Below, piece by piece: positions 20,549 through 30,057 of a stretch of DNA of 64,000 bases (position 1 is its first letter; the number at the start of each line of letters is the position of its first letter). Where the stretch lies: the IMG/VR virus record IMGVR_UViG_3300034072_001506; one strand, written 5' to 3'. The translations under genes and the position numbers were made by a program. The notes beneath the pieces were generated by a model. The model was not told the origin of the DNA, searched no databases, and saw only the letters and a list, made by a program, of their open reading frames with translations. Origin of the DNA: an uncultured virus (IMG/VR IMGVR_UViG_3300034072_001506). Lineage: Duplodnaviria; Heunggongvirae; Uroviricota; Caudoviricetes.

Positions 20549-20799
20549 TGACCACCCCAGGTCAGTTTGAACAAAACAGCTGAATCTGTATCCTCGAAAA
20601 CTATAAAGTTGTCCACTGGTCTACCGGCAAAACGATAATTCCATTGCCACTTTTGACCATCAGACCAACCACCGGTTCGCAACCCAGGCCCCACCTGCTC
20701 TATCAGCCAGTTGAAAACACTAGACTCCAATTGCCAACCACAAGTATAGGGCAAACGACATTCTGAGATTAAACGGCTGGATAGGCCGACCGGAGTCAT
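20545..20799 (-). CDS. LFKL-WG family small protein
   Basis: VFEDTDSAVLFKLTWGGQ. Confidence 0.75.
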   Translation of the reverse strand: MTPVGLSSRLISECRLPYTCGWQLESSVFNWLIEQVGPGLRTGGWSDGQKWQWNYRFAGRPVDNFIVFEDTDSAVLFKLTWGGQ

Positions 20800-21098
20800 C
20801 CCCACCTCAACTTGAACAATACCGCAATTTTGTGATCTTGCTCATGAAAGCAAACTACACGACGAGGGTATCTAACATACCAATGGTTACCAGCAGCCTC
20901 ACTCAACACCTTGGCCGCGCGACTATAACTCTTAATACACCACTGGCCCGGCTCTATGCTCTCTATTTCAGATCCAGCCGAAAGGTAAGTCAGTCCCTGA
21001 GCCTTACACCAATCTTTCCAATGACCCAAAGCAGTCACATAGGGATTTCCAGATCCCCACTCTACACCATCAGGTTCATTGATTGGAACATAAATCAT
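20796..21098 (-). CDS. LFKL-WG family small protein
   Basis: QDHKIAVLFKLRWG. Confidence 0.75.
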   Translation of the reverse strand: MIYVPINEPDGVEWGSGNPYVTALGHWKDWCKAQGLTYLSAGSEIESIEPGQWCIKSYSRAAKVLSEAAGNHWYVRYPRRVVCFHEQDHKIAVLFKLRWG

Positions 21099-21136
21099 AG
21101 CTTGATATAGATGATATCAAGCCCGCCTGTCAATTA

Positions 21137-21359
21137 CTAGGCAAAAGACAGTTTGAACAACATGGCATCCTGGGGGTCATTGAATTCCACCAAGAGGTCC
21201 TCAGCTAAAAGAACCTTGGTCAACCACACTATTACTCGCTGGGGAGTGGGGTTAACTGCACCCTTGGAAAAAACTAGGCCCCAGGAAATCATAAATCCGC
21301 CTGGCTTTGTCAGAAGCCAGCACGGGATCACGTTCGCCAATGAAAACTCGAGTCACCAT
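21137..21359 (-). pseudogene. LFKL-WG family member apparently frameshifted at a T6 run
   Basis: Coupled ATG 21359 frame stops early; motif EFNDPQDAMLFKLSFA lies in another frame; removing one T at 21268-21273 restores a single ORF. Confidence 0.5.
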
Positions 21360-21637
21360 TATTCACCACCAAATGTCAGTTTGAACAACATGGCATCATT
21401 GGCTTTGGCAAAGGAAACCAATACTGATCGACTCCAGGGCTCATAGGTAATAAGACCCTCACGCTCTTCAATCCACTCCTGAATACCTAGGACAATTTGC
21501 TCACTATACCGATCGTCAGAGATCCATATGGGCCAAACAGCGCCACAAGACCAATGATCTCTGAGAAGATACTCACGGCGTCGAGTAATACCCAGAAACC
21601 AGTCGTCTTCCATACTATCTTGTTGAGGAGATATCAT
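21359..21637 (-). CDS. LFKL-WG family small protein
   Basis: VSFAKANDAMLFKLTFGGE. Confidence 0.75.
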   Translation of the reverse strand: MISPQQDSMEDDWFLGITRRREYLLRDHWSCGAVWPIWISDDRYSEQIVLGIQEWIEEREGLITYEPWSRSVLVSFAKANDAMLFKLTFGGE

Positions 21638-21906
21638 CGACCACCCCACTTGAGCTTGAACAAAAGAGCACAATTGGCATCCACGATGTCTATTACCCAA
21701 TTGGGATGATAATAAGAAATTTCATAATAACAACCAACAGACTCATGACACTCGTCTGATAACCACCAATGCTGTGAACTACAACTGTCCTTGGGATAAC
21801 TGGGTCGATCAGTGGGGAATTTATAACTCACACGAACACAACCATAACTATCCCTATCCTTATCAGACCAAACAGTCTGATCCTCAGAGAGAATGACCCT
21901 ATACAT
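21634..21906 (-). CDS. LFKL-WG family small protein
   Basis: IVDANCALLFKLKWGGR. Confidence 0.75.
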   Translation of the reverse strand: MYRVILSEDQTVWSDKDRDSYGCVRVSYKFPTDRPSYPKDSCSSQHWWLSDECHESVGCYYEISYYHPNWVIDIVDANCALLFKLKWGGR

Positions 21907-22201
21907 TACACCACGTCAACTTGAACAACACTGCGTCACTGGACTCCCTGAAACCAAACAACACCCCAGTGGGCTCAAGAAGATGAAAATATCCCGTACT
22001 CTGAGGAGATACAAAATCATGGTAATATGCCCATGATGGCGTAAACTTATCTAACCACTCTATAAGATGGTCTCTTGGGTGAAATACTATGAACCAACAA
22101 CCCTCGGAGTCTCGACCCTGTTGCGTTTCCAAGAGATCAGAACCACCGCCTCGGCCCCAAGTCCTTTTTTCGGACAATATAGGAAGAACAACTTCATACA
22201 T
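21899..22201 (-). CDS. LFKL-WG family small protein
   Basis: FGFRESSDAVLFKLTWC. Confidence 0.75.
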   Translation of the reverse strand: MYEVVLPILSEKRTWGRGGGSDLLETQQGRDSEGCWFIVFHPRDHLIEWLDKFTPSWAYYHDFVSPQSTGYFHLLEPTGVLFGFRESSDAVLFKLTWCNV

Positions 22202-22236
22202 CAGCTCTCTATAGAGAACTCATAGATAGACTGTCA

Positions 22237-22485
22237 CTATTCATTACCAAACATCAACTTGAACAAGGTCGCAACACTAGGGGGACAATCCAATCTATAA
22301 TGAAACGTCCATGCCCTCCTGACAATATCCCACTCAAGGTCATACGACCAATTGCCATATCCCACATACTCGTCAAGCCATCTGGTGCGCTGTAAACCAA
22401 TCTCACCCTCATTGGCGAAATCATCCCTGGGGTCAGAAAAACTGTCTTTGGGAGACGGATCATGGCACACTACGGAGAACATCAA
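22237..22485 (-). CDS. LFKL-WG family small protein
   Basis: PPSVATLFKLMFG. Confidence 0.7.
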   Translation of the reverse strand: MMFSVVCHDPSPKDSFSDPRDDFANEGEIGLQRTRWLDEYVGYGNWSYDLEWDIVRRAWTFHYRLDCPPSVATLFKLMFGNE

Positions 22486-22808
22486 TTCACTCTATAACAA
22501 ATAGACTACCGACTGTCACTATGGAGAATGGTAGGCCCCGATGAGAACTCTAGTTGTTCTTTACTCAAACCCTCACCAGAGTTAGGGTTAATGGCTTCTG
22601 GAAAATTGGTGAATATGTTAACTATTTTTTAACCATTTTCTCTACTATCATTGGACTAAAGAACCACTGTTTTACTGGCTCTAGACACCCTGGAACACCA
22701 GTTTGAGATAAAGATAACCAAAAATAATTCTTTCAATAAGAAGACAGATTTAGGTGATTCTGACGCCTTTTTACTACTTTGAATAATTCACTCTGGACTA
22801 CCGAGTAT

Positions 22809-22916
22809 CACCACTGTGGACTACAGAGTGGTTACTCTAGTGGCAACTATAGTGGTCACTCTGGTTGCCACTCTAGTCTATACTCTAGTGGTCGCTCTGG
22901 TTATCACTACTGATGG
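22809..22916. repeat. Degenerate 12-bp tandem repeat (~9 units, consensus ~CACTCTAGTGGT) in putative origin region
   Basis: tactctagtggc/aactatagtggt/cactctggttgc/cactctagtcta/tactctagtggt/cgctctggttat. Confidence 0.75.
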
Positions 22917-23129
22917 ATTACTCAGGAGACCTCTAGACCAACTTTTAGATTTTGGTCAAAAAATTGACCCGCGCGAAATCGCGCTTTCTTGGATTTTGAA
23001 CCGTCTAGCTTTTTGTACCCCCACTATGGCAAAAAAGTAGTCTAGAATATCTCCACCAATCATCTTCAGTACGGGGAGATATTTTGTTCAATCAGGGGAG
23101 ACCAATTGGGTAGGATTCTGCATCTCCAG

Positions 23130-23405
23130 TTAGTGATTTGTATTGAGGAGACTGTTCAGTATTTGGAGGAATTCTTCTTTAAAGTATTCCTGGGAGTCTT
23201 CTAGGTATTGGGAGTATTCTTCCAAGTCCTGTTGTCCTGGTGGGTAGGGATAATCAATAGTCTTGTGGCCATGGACAATATCCCAGCAGTAATTTGCCAC
23301 TCTAGACCTAGCGAGTTTTTTCCTTGACTCTCTGTCTTGAATTTTCCACTCTGGCTCTTCCACTATATCGTCTAGGGGCAAACTGAGTTGTTGATTATCT
23401 TTCAT
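23130..23405 (-). CDS. Hypothetical protein
   Basis: AGGAGA RBS, 91 aa. Confidence 0.55.
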   Translation of the reverse strand: MKDNQQLSLPLDDIVEEPEWKIQDRESRKKLARSRVANYCWDIVHGHKTIDYPYPPGQQDLEEYSQYLEDSQEYFKEEFLQILNSLLNTNH

Positions 23406-23427
23406 TTGATCTCCTGTTTATTCATGA

Positions 23428-23459
23428 GTGAACCCCAGAGTGTTGTTCTGGGGTTCGCT
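23428..23459 (-). terminator. Hairpin after fibre gene
   Basis: GAACCCCAGA...TCTGGGGTTC. Confidence 0.55.
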
Positions 23460-23461
23460 CT

Positions 23462-24619
23462 TTAGTTGCGGAGGATGATTACCAGATCAGCGGACCAGCT
23501 GGGCGGAGTATCGGCCACTATAGCGAGATAGTCACCATACGCAATAGTTCTATCGCCGGCCACTGGGATGCTAATAGTTCCTAGGGTATCACCTACCGAC
23601 CAAGTAACTGTTCCAATAACCTGTCCGTTTTTCTCAATATCACGGGTCTGGGTTACTGTAGCGGGTTGAGTGGCTCGCACTCGTGAGTTTGAGACGCTAA
23701 TCGTGTAGGGTTGGAGAGCTGGGTTGAGAGGGATCTGAGTATTGTTTGCAGGGCCAACACCTGAGTAGCCTACCGCAATACTTTGCGTGGATGCCTTGGC
23801 GTCTAGTGCTGCTTGTAGACCCGTTACGTCTTGTATTGTGTGGGTATGGACCGCGGATGCTTTGCCATCAAGTGCCACTTGTAGGTTGGTTACTTGTGAG
23901 ATAGCAATAGAGCCCGTGGCGTCAAGTTTGAGATCCAGTGCTGCCTGGGTCGCAATACTAATTGGCTTCTGAGCATCACTCGTATTATTGACGTTGGTGA
24001 TGTTGAGAAAGCTCTTGACGTCAACGTCAGTTAGTTCGCCTGCAGTTCCCGCACCAGGACTTGTGCGACCCAACATTCTGGGGCCGGCGCTTAACTGGAT
24101 ATCAGCAGCCACATGACTGTGATTTGTTGATGCCTTGCCGTCCAGAGCTGTCTGGACTGCTGTACTGATTGGCTTCTGGGCGTCGCTGGTATTGTCCACG
24201 TTATTGAGACCAACCGCTGCCTTGTTGAGGGTTTGGAATGTTTTATCGCCTCTCCAATACTGAGCAGTGGTGCCTGGAGTAATGGCGTCTTCCTTGCCTG
24301 CCAGTGCCGAGACCGCCGCGTTACTCAAAGGCTTCAGGGCATCGCTAGTATTGTTGACATTCTCGAGTTCCAAGAATGTCTTGGCTTGGACCGCAGTCAA
24401 GTTTTGAATTGGTGCTGATGTGGATCCAGTTGCCCTACCAAGTAGACCGGCACCTGGACTTGTTAGTCCACTAGTTGTGATATTGCCTTGATCCACTTTG
24501 TTGTCTTGGGTCAAGTAGAGTTCGTCAAAGTTATTGTTTACTTTGATGAACGCATCACGCAGGCCTTCGCCGTCACCAGCATTGGCGCTGCTACCAATAT
24601 TGATAGTCTGCTTTGCCAT
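23462..24619 (-). CDS. Tail fibre/baseplate-attached protein with repeats
   Basis: N-term MAKQTINIG..ANAGDGEGLRDAFIKVNNNFDELY (like T4 gp9/gp10 N-termini); 3x V(N/D)NTSDAxKP(L/I)S; H.H repeats. Confidence 0.75.
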   Translation of the reverse strand: MAKQTINIGSSANAGDGEGLRDAFIKVNNNFDELYLTQDNKVDQGNITTSGLTSPGAGLLGRATGSTSAPIQNLTAVQAKTFLELENVNNTSDALKPLSNAAVSALAGKEDAITPGTTAQYWRGDKTFQTLNKAAVGLNNVDNTSDAQKPISTAVQTALDGKASTNHSHVAADIQLSAGPRMLGRTSPGAGTAGELTDVDVKSFLNITNVNNTSDAQKPISIATQAALDLKLDATGSIAISQVTNLQVALDGKASAVHTHTIQDVTGLQAALDAKASTQSIAVGYSGVGPANNTQIPLNPALQPYTISVSNSRVRATQPATVTQTRDIEKNGQVIGTVTWSVGDTLGTISIPVAGDRTIAYGDYLAIVADTPPSWSADLVIILRN

Positions 24620-24642
24620 TGTATTCTCCTTGCCCAGAGGCC

Positions 24643-27600
24643 TTAACTGATACTTCCGTCCGTGAGAGCAAGATTGCTCGAGACATTGATCTGGTTGTTA
24701 TCTGCGGTTGTAGTAACCACGCTGCTTTGATTATTATCCAGGTCGCCTGATAGATCCCAAATATTAGCGGCTACCTTGGTCAAGGTAACATTGGAAAATC
24801 TCGTGCGAGTAAAGCGACTACTTGGTGTATTGATAATCACGCTGGGTCCAGGGACTATCTCGGTTTGACCAGAGCCAATTTGAGTAATATGAATCTGAAC
24901 ACCAACATTTAACTGAACCGCTGAATTATTTGGAACCACTACCTGATTGGGTCCAGCGTTGGACCTACGAATATATGCTCCAGCGTCGCTGGCCTGGAGA
25001 GTATAGGAAGGTGTAGTTACTGGTGAGACCTTCATTCCCTGGGCATCAACTTGCTTTTGACCCACCCAAGTTCTTGTTCTGCTGAAGTATCGGAACAAGT
25101 AGAATGTCAGACCATTGGGAACAATATTGGGTGCCGTGCTGGAAATCCAAACAATAGGACCGCCCTGTGTTACTTGGAAGTTGACTTGGCGATTACCCAC
25201 AGAGTCCTGTTTGACCGCGATCAACAGTTCACTATAGAGTTCACCACTGGTATTCAGGGGTCCAGGAGCGTAGGAAGTTGCTTCTGGTGTTTTGATTGTC
25301 AGTGTTGCGGAGCCGGTGAGGTTTACCAAGAAGGTATTTCCCGATTTTGGATCAATAACACCATCGGGAACGACTTGGTTATCTTCAGTATAGCGGAGAA
25401 GGATACCACTCGCATTATAGTGACCCACGAAGTTACCTTCGTCAGGCTGAACATCATAAGCCAGTCTTGGTCCAAGAATAAAGTCTTGATCACTGCGTCG
25501 TTTGACACGAGTAAAAGACCATTCGCAATTTCCTTCTTTGTAGATCTTGCTGAACTCTCCATTGTAGTAGAAGTTTACATTGGTGAGTTCCAATCGGTTT
25601 TCTGCTCCGCCTGTATTGCTGTCCGCGATACTGTAGAGACCAACCGTATAATCCCTAATAGTATCAGGTTGCTGAACGGTTACTTGGACCCAAGGTGTCT
25701 TGAGGCTTTCACCCGCATTATTGGGATCGTCAATTGGATTGCCCTGCGGGTCAAGCAATAGGGTCTCGACGTTATTGCCTTCGTCGTCCTGATTGAACAA
25801 CAAAGTCACGCCTGGATCGTCTTCAAAAGCATCGTCGCCCGTGCTGGTCAGGAATTTGGGTCGCCCACCTTCCCACAAGGGAAGAGATGGATTGTTGATA
25901 TTCACGCTGTAGTTTTCTGGGATAATGGAACCAACATTCTCCATTATCAAAACACCACCATTGTGTTCAATACCTTTGAGTAGTGGTGCGCCCGATACCA
26001 AGGTAAAGCTTTCTGGGCTCAACTGTAGACCCGTCCATCCATTTTCAGGCAGACCGCAGTTTTGGAAGACAACTCTGTGTCCACCGGCAATCGTTGCGTT
26101 GTCAATTTTGCCCTGGATAGTACAGTTGAAAAAGTTCACATCTCCACCAAGTTGACCGTTAAGTGACATAACGGTCAAATCGCTTAGGGCTCCCTGTCCT
26201 CGCAGAAAAGAACAGTCCTTGAATGTGGCTTTTCCAACACCCCCAACAATTGCGAAAGTTGGCTGGAATATTGAACTGGGCTGGTCACTGGTATCAATGG
26301 TGATTTTGCTCATTAGCAAGGAATCAACATTGAATAGAATTTGGACATTGCCTTTGATTACAGAGTTGGTAGAACCAAAGAAGCCCTCAATGGCGATATT
26401 TCTCTTGTTCTGAACATCAACATTTTCCTGATACGTTCCACCCAATAGCATAATGGTATAAGTGGTAGTCGTATCATTATTGGGAATTTCACTCAATGCT
26501 TTGTTGATAGTCAGATATGGAGAGTTCAACGAGCCGTTGCCCGTTGAGTCATTTCCGTTCTTACCAACAAAAATGGTGTTCTGAATAGTCTGGAAGAACT
26601 GTTGTACCGATGACCAGACCAAAGTGTTACCTGGACCTTGTGTTAGGAATTGACCACTTGTGCCGCCTGTCGAAGGAAATAGCAGACCATTTAGGGTCAA
26701 AGAGGGTGCCTGTAGGGCCACAGCGGGCGCAGCTAGTGCCACGCTAGTTCCCGGACCACCATTTAGCGCAATGCCCGTCTGTGAAACTCTGATAGAGCTG
26801 GCCGGGGTTATCTCTTGGCTGTCAATCAAAACGCCATTGTTGCCAGAAGAGGTGATCCTGAAGTTCTGAACGTCTAAGTCGCCACCAAGTTGAGGTGTTT
26901 CATCGACCACAACTTCGATTAGGTTGTTGCGGAGTTGTGAAACTGTCAATCGCTTTGGTTGACTATCACTGGCAGCGAGAAAGATAAACTGATCTGCGTT
27001 GGTGATAATTGGTTCAGGGTCCAACTTGGTGAGGTCCAAGTTGACGGTTGGGGCTTCACCTGTTCCAGTTACCGTTATACCAATACCACCAGTGACACCA
27101 CTCACACTACCTGCACCAACTGGTTGCCAGGATAGGTTGGATCCCTGAGCTACCAGAGCAAATGCTCCAACGCCGCCTGGTGGGGCGAAGGCAGCGGATT
27201 GGTTGCTGGAATTACCGACGACAATAGAACCTTGTGCCAGGGTATGACCCAATAGACCATAGGAAATTGTTTGAGTTCCGGTTGCGATCAAGCGACCGTT
27301 TTGATCAAACGTAAAGGTTGGGAACACCAGATTACCAGTGCCGTTACCAATATTGATTCCTTGGATTGGCACGCTGACATCGCTCGCATGACCAGCCGCC
27401 CAAGTAATGGTGTGCTGGATAGCTTCATGTGATATCAAGCGACCCTTGGAGTCAAATGACAACCTAAAATCACCAAGATCACTGTTGTAGGATACTGGGG
27501 CCTGAATAGTATTTGATAGAGTAAAGTTGATTTCAAGTGTGGGGTCAGCCGCACCAACAATTACCGCGTTATCAAATCTATCACTCTGTCCAGCCGCGTC

Positions 27601-27771
27601 ACCAACAAAACTCAAACGAGTATTTTGAATTTTTGTCAGCTCATCACTGGCTTGAAACAGTGCCTGTTGAGTCGCACTGGTGTTGTCCCTAAAACCCTGA
27701 GATGAATTATTGACACCAGGGGTTGGGAACGTGACATTCAGGCTATTGGCTCTATTGCGAACGTCGCTCAT
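24643..27771 (-). CDS. Tail fibre/tailspike with probable beta-helix (depolymerase-like) region
   Basis: IFVGKNGNDSTGNGSLNSPYLTINKAL..GGTYQENV; PQLGGDLDV; C-term YTLQASDAG...WDLSGDL fibre domain. Confidence 0.7.
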   Translation of the reverse strand: MSDVRNRANSLNVTFPTPGVNNSSQGFRDNTSATQQALFQASDELTKIQNTRLSFVGDAAGQSDRFDNAVIVGAADPTLEINFTLSNTIQAPVSYNSDLGDFRLSFDSKGRLISHEAIQHTITWAAGHASDVSVPIQGINIGNGTGNLVFPTFTFDQNGRLIATGTQTISYGLLGHTLAQGSIVVGNSSNQSAAFAPPGGVGAFALVAQGSNLSWQPVGAGSVSGVTGGIGITVTGTGEAPTVNLDLTKLDPEPIITNADQFIFLAASDSQPKRLTVSQLRNNLIEVVVDETPQLGGDLDVQNFRITSSGNNGVLIDSQEITPASSIRVSQTGIALNGGPGTSVALAAPAVALQAPSLTLNGLLFPSTGGTSGQFLTQGPGNTLVWSSVQQFFQTIQNTIFVGKNGNDSTGNGSLNSPYLTINKALSEIPNNDTTTTYTIMLLGGTYQENVDVQNKRNIAIEGFFGSTNSVIKGNVQILFNVDSLLMSKITIDTSDQPSSIFQPTFAIVGGVGKATFKDCSFLRGQGALSDLTVMSLNGQLGGDVNFFNCTIQGKIDNATIAGGHRVVFQNCGLPENGWTGLQLSPESFTLVSGAPLLKGIEHNGGVLIMENVGSIIPENYSVNINNPSLPLWEGGRPKFLTSTGDDAFEDDPGVTLLFNQDDEGNNVETLLLDPQGNPIDDPNNAGESLKTPWVQVTVQQPDTIRDYTVGLYSIADSNTGGAENRLELTNVNFYYNGEFSKIYKEGNCEWSFTRVKRRSDQDFILGPRLAYDVQPDEGNFVGHYNASGILLRYTEDNQVVPDGVIDPKSGNTFLVNLTGSATLTIKTPEATSYAPGPLNTSGELYSELLIAVKQDSVGNRQVNFQVTQGGPIVWISSTAPNIVPNGLTFYLFRYFSRTRTWVGQKQVDAQGMKVSPVTTPSYTLQASDAGAYIRRSNAGPNQVVVPNNSAVQLNVGVQIHITQIGSGQTEIVPGPSVIINTPSSRFTRTRFSNVTLTKVAANIWDLSGDLDNNQSSVVTTTADNNQINVSSNLALTDGSIS

Positions 27772-27783
27772 GCGATCTCCCTT

Positions 27784-29988
27784 TTATTTGTCTCCCGGTG
27801 GAAACTTGTAGTATTTACTCTCAGACTGAAGACTGGTATCAAAAGTCGTAAAAGCAATCGTTGGTGTATCCAAGTTGTCAGGACCATCAAATGTCGTGAT
27901 TTCCGGGAATCCAAATTCAGTTCCATCAAAAGTGGTTGAAGCAAAACCATCACTAATGAGGAGATATCTGTCCACCTCTATTGTGATTCCTTGAAGGTCA
28001 TCATTTATACCAGCAGTATCGAGGGCTCTGACTATTGCTGGACCACTTCCTGCTCTGACATGAGCCAATTCAATGGCGCATTGGTATCCCAGGATAGTGT
28101 CGGGTCTGCCGCGTTCCTGTTCACTCATCATCCAGAGTGGCAAACCTTCTCGACCGGAGACCCCATACCCAGGAAGAGCTCCAGGCAATCTATTGTTGCG
28201 GTTTATGAGATCCGCCCTCAGATTCTTTACACTATTGGGATAGTAATTACTCATATTTTCGGTGAGGTTCCATTTGGGAATAGCCACAGGTTCCTGACCT
28301 GGATTGTATCTATTCAATGGTTCCTCTTGTCCAAGAGTATTGAAACCACCTGCGCCTTCCATGGGATCGAGAATTCCCAAATAGATCACATCGTAGAGAT
28401 GAACGCCCTCTGGGCTTCTTGCTCTTGCGCTGTGAACTTTGCCTATTCTCAACTTTGTTGGACGATGGTAATCCTTGAGACGATCAATTAGGTCACCTGT
28501 TTGATAGTTGATACCATTGGTTAGCAGGATCCTGAACTGACGGCTCTTGCCAAAATACTGATCGATTTCCCTATAGACTTGATCACGACCAAGAACCGTC
28601 AAGCGATCGGGTCCTTCCGCACCTGCTCTATTGACATATCTGACAATTTTTATTTCAGTGCCACTTGTTGGTATAGAACCAGATGGGAAGATAATAAAAT
28701 CCTCTCGCAATTCAGTTATCCTGGAAAGTGTTCCTCTATAAATTACGCCATCGAGGAATACATCAATACTATCACCAAGACGCCCTCTTGGGACTAGGAA
28801 TTTTGCGTCAGTGCCATTTCCAAAGTAAACTCTCTGACTTACCGAATAATCAGGTCTTGCTTCTGGCAAAGTTCCCCATACCCATTTGGCGATTTTCTGT
28901 CGTGCCGGGCCAGGGACATTGATCTGGAGACTGGTCACCGAGTCAGCAGCAAAGATCGACCTAATCGTAATGGAAAAGGTTCTCTCACTGGCAATTGTGG
29001 ATGGTCGAACCGCACCTGTCTCGTTATTGATGAAAACAACTCTGGCTTCCACAATGAATTCAAAGGTTCTAGTAACCGCCACATAGGGACATTTTCCAAT
29101 AATCAGGCCAGAAGAAGCATCCAGCAACAAACCTTCTGGTAACGGACGACTTCCTGGTGTGATAGTATAGTTGATGACTTGAGTTTCTGTCGCAGTTCCA
29201 GACGATACTTGATATTGAGGAACAGCTCTGACACCAAAGTGACTGGGATAAGTCTCAAAAGTAGAGCCCAGAGAACCCGCTGGAGTTTCCCAGCGAACCA
29301 CATCAGATAGGCGGGCATCCAGAACAATATCCTGGCCGATGGTGAGTCTGTAGACCTTCTCTGACGTTCTAGGAGATCCTTCTCCTCGAGGATTGCTCTG
29401 GAGATCATCTGGGTCTCGAGCATAGACTCTAAAGTAATAGTCTCCTGGAATATTATTGGTGATTGTTGGGGATCCAACTATTCTTCCAAACTGATCGATC
29501 TCTAGTCCATTTGGTAATCCACTTTGGGAGCCTGGTGGACCCCTGTAACCAACTGCTTTGAATTCAAGAGGATCCTGATCTGGATTCACTATATCCAGTT
29601 GAATGACCACATTGGATCCTCGATTTACTGATCCTAGATTCTGAATACCAGTAGGCGAAGACCAGCTTTGCTCCTCGTCACTTATGTCGACTATGAATCT
29701 AAAGCTTCTATCATAGGTTCTACTTGAGGATCGGAGAAATACTCTGAATACAACTGGATAGCTGTCTTGGTCTTTGGGTAGTGCTCTGACTGTACCTTGG
29801 ATTCTCAGGGTTCCTGCATTGTAGAAAAGTCCTGGAGGTAATTGTCCACCAATCAGTTCCAAACGATCCAAATCGTTTCTAGCATCTGGGGAGATTTCAA
29901 GACTAATAGATGCCTGATCGCCACGTCGCCAGGGCTGTCCATTGTTCAATAGATTTCCAGAAGGTGGTGAGAACCAAACAGCGACCAT
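27784..29988 (-). CDS. Virion/baseplate protein with three complete putative Ig (He_PIG-like) domains
   Basis: LPPGL/LPNGL/LPEGL units each followed by F.(F)RV...R.F/Y strands. Confidence 0.7.
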   Translation of the reverse strand: MVAVWFSPPSGNLLNNGQPWRRGDQASISLEISPDARNDLDRLELIGGQLPPGLFYNAGTLRIQGTVRALPKDQDSYPVVFRVFLRSSSRTYDRSFRFIVDISDEEQSWSSPTGIQNLGSVNRGSNVVIQLDIVNPDQDPLEFKAVGYRGPPGSQSGLPNGLEIDQFGRIVGSPTITNNIPGDYYFRVYARDPDDLQSNPRGEGSPRTSEKVYRLTIGQDIVLDARLSDVVRWETPAGSLGSTFETYPSHFGVRAVPQYQVSSGTATETQVINYTITPGSRPLPEGLLLDASSGLIIGKCPYVAVTRTFEFIVEARVVFINNETGAVRPSTIASERTFSITIRSIFAADSVTSLQINVPGPARQKIAKWVWGTLPEARPDYSVSQRVYFGNGTDAKFLVPRGRLGDSIDVFLDGVIYRGTLSRITELREDFIIFPSGSIPTSGTEIKIVRYVNRAGAEGPDRLTVLGRDQVYREIDQYFGKSRQFRILLTNGINYQTGDLIDRLKDYHRPTKLRIGKVHSARARSPEGVHLYDVIYLGILDPMEGAGGFNTLGQEEPLNRYNPGQEPVAIPKWNLTENMSNYYPNSVKNLRADLINRNNRLPGALPGYGVSGREGLPLWMMSEQERGRPDTILGYQCAIELAHVRAGSGPAIVRALDTAGINDDLQGITIEVDRYLLISDGFASTTFDGTEFGFPEITTFDGPDNLDTPTIAFTTFDTSLQSESKYYKFPPGDK

Positions 29989-30006
29989 GAAATATCTCCT
30001 ATCCCA

Positions 30007-30034
30007 TATTTAGCGGTTTCTAGGATGCTAAATA
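30007..30034. promoter_or_regulatory. Back-to-back putative late promoters
   Basis: TATTTAG 30007-30013 (minus) and CTAAATA 30028-30034 (plus) between divergent structural genes. Confidence 0.6.
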
Positions 30035-30057
30035 CAGGAGCCAACTTGGAGGATATC

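Noticed and set aside
10574..22485. Diversity-generating retroelement behind the paralogue array
   Set aside because: No reverse transcriptase and no near-identical TR/VR pair differing at adenines; members are anciently diverged
22816..23040. Membrane protein ORF VVTLVATIVVTLVATL
   Set aside because: Hydrophobic periodicity is a by-product of the 12-bp DNA repeat; no RBS seen
25051..25761. Long antisense ORFs (also 27991-28491, 40357-40995, 59879-60589 and similar)
   Set aside because: Shadow frames opposite well-supported genes, with no RBS or motifs
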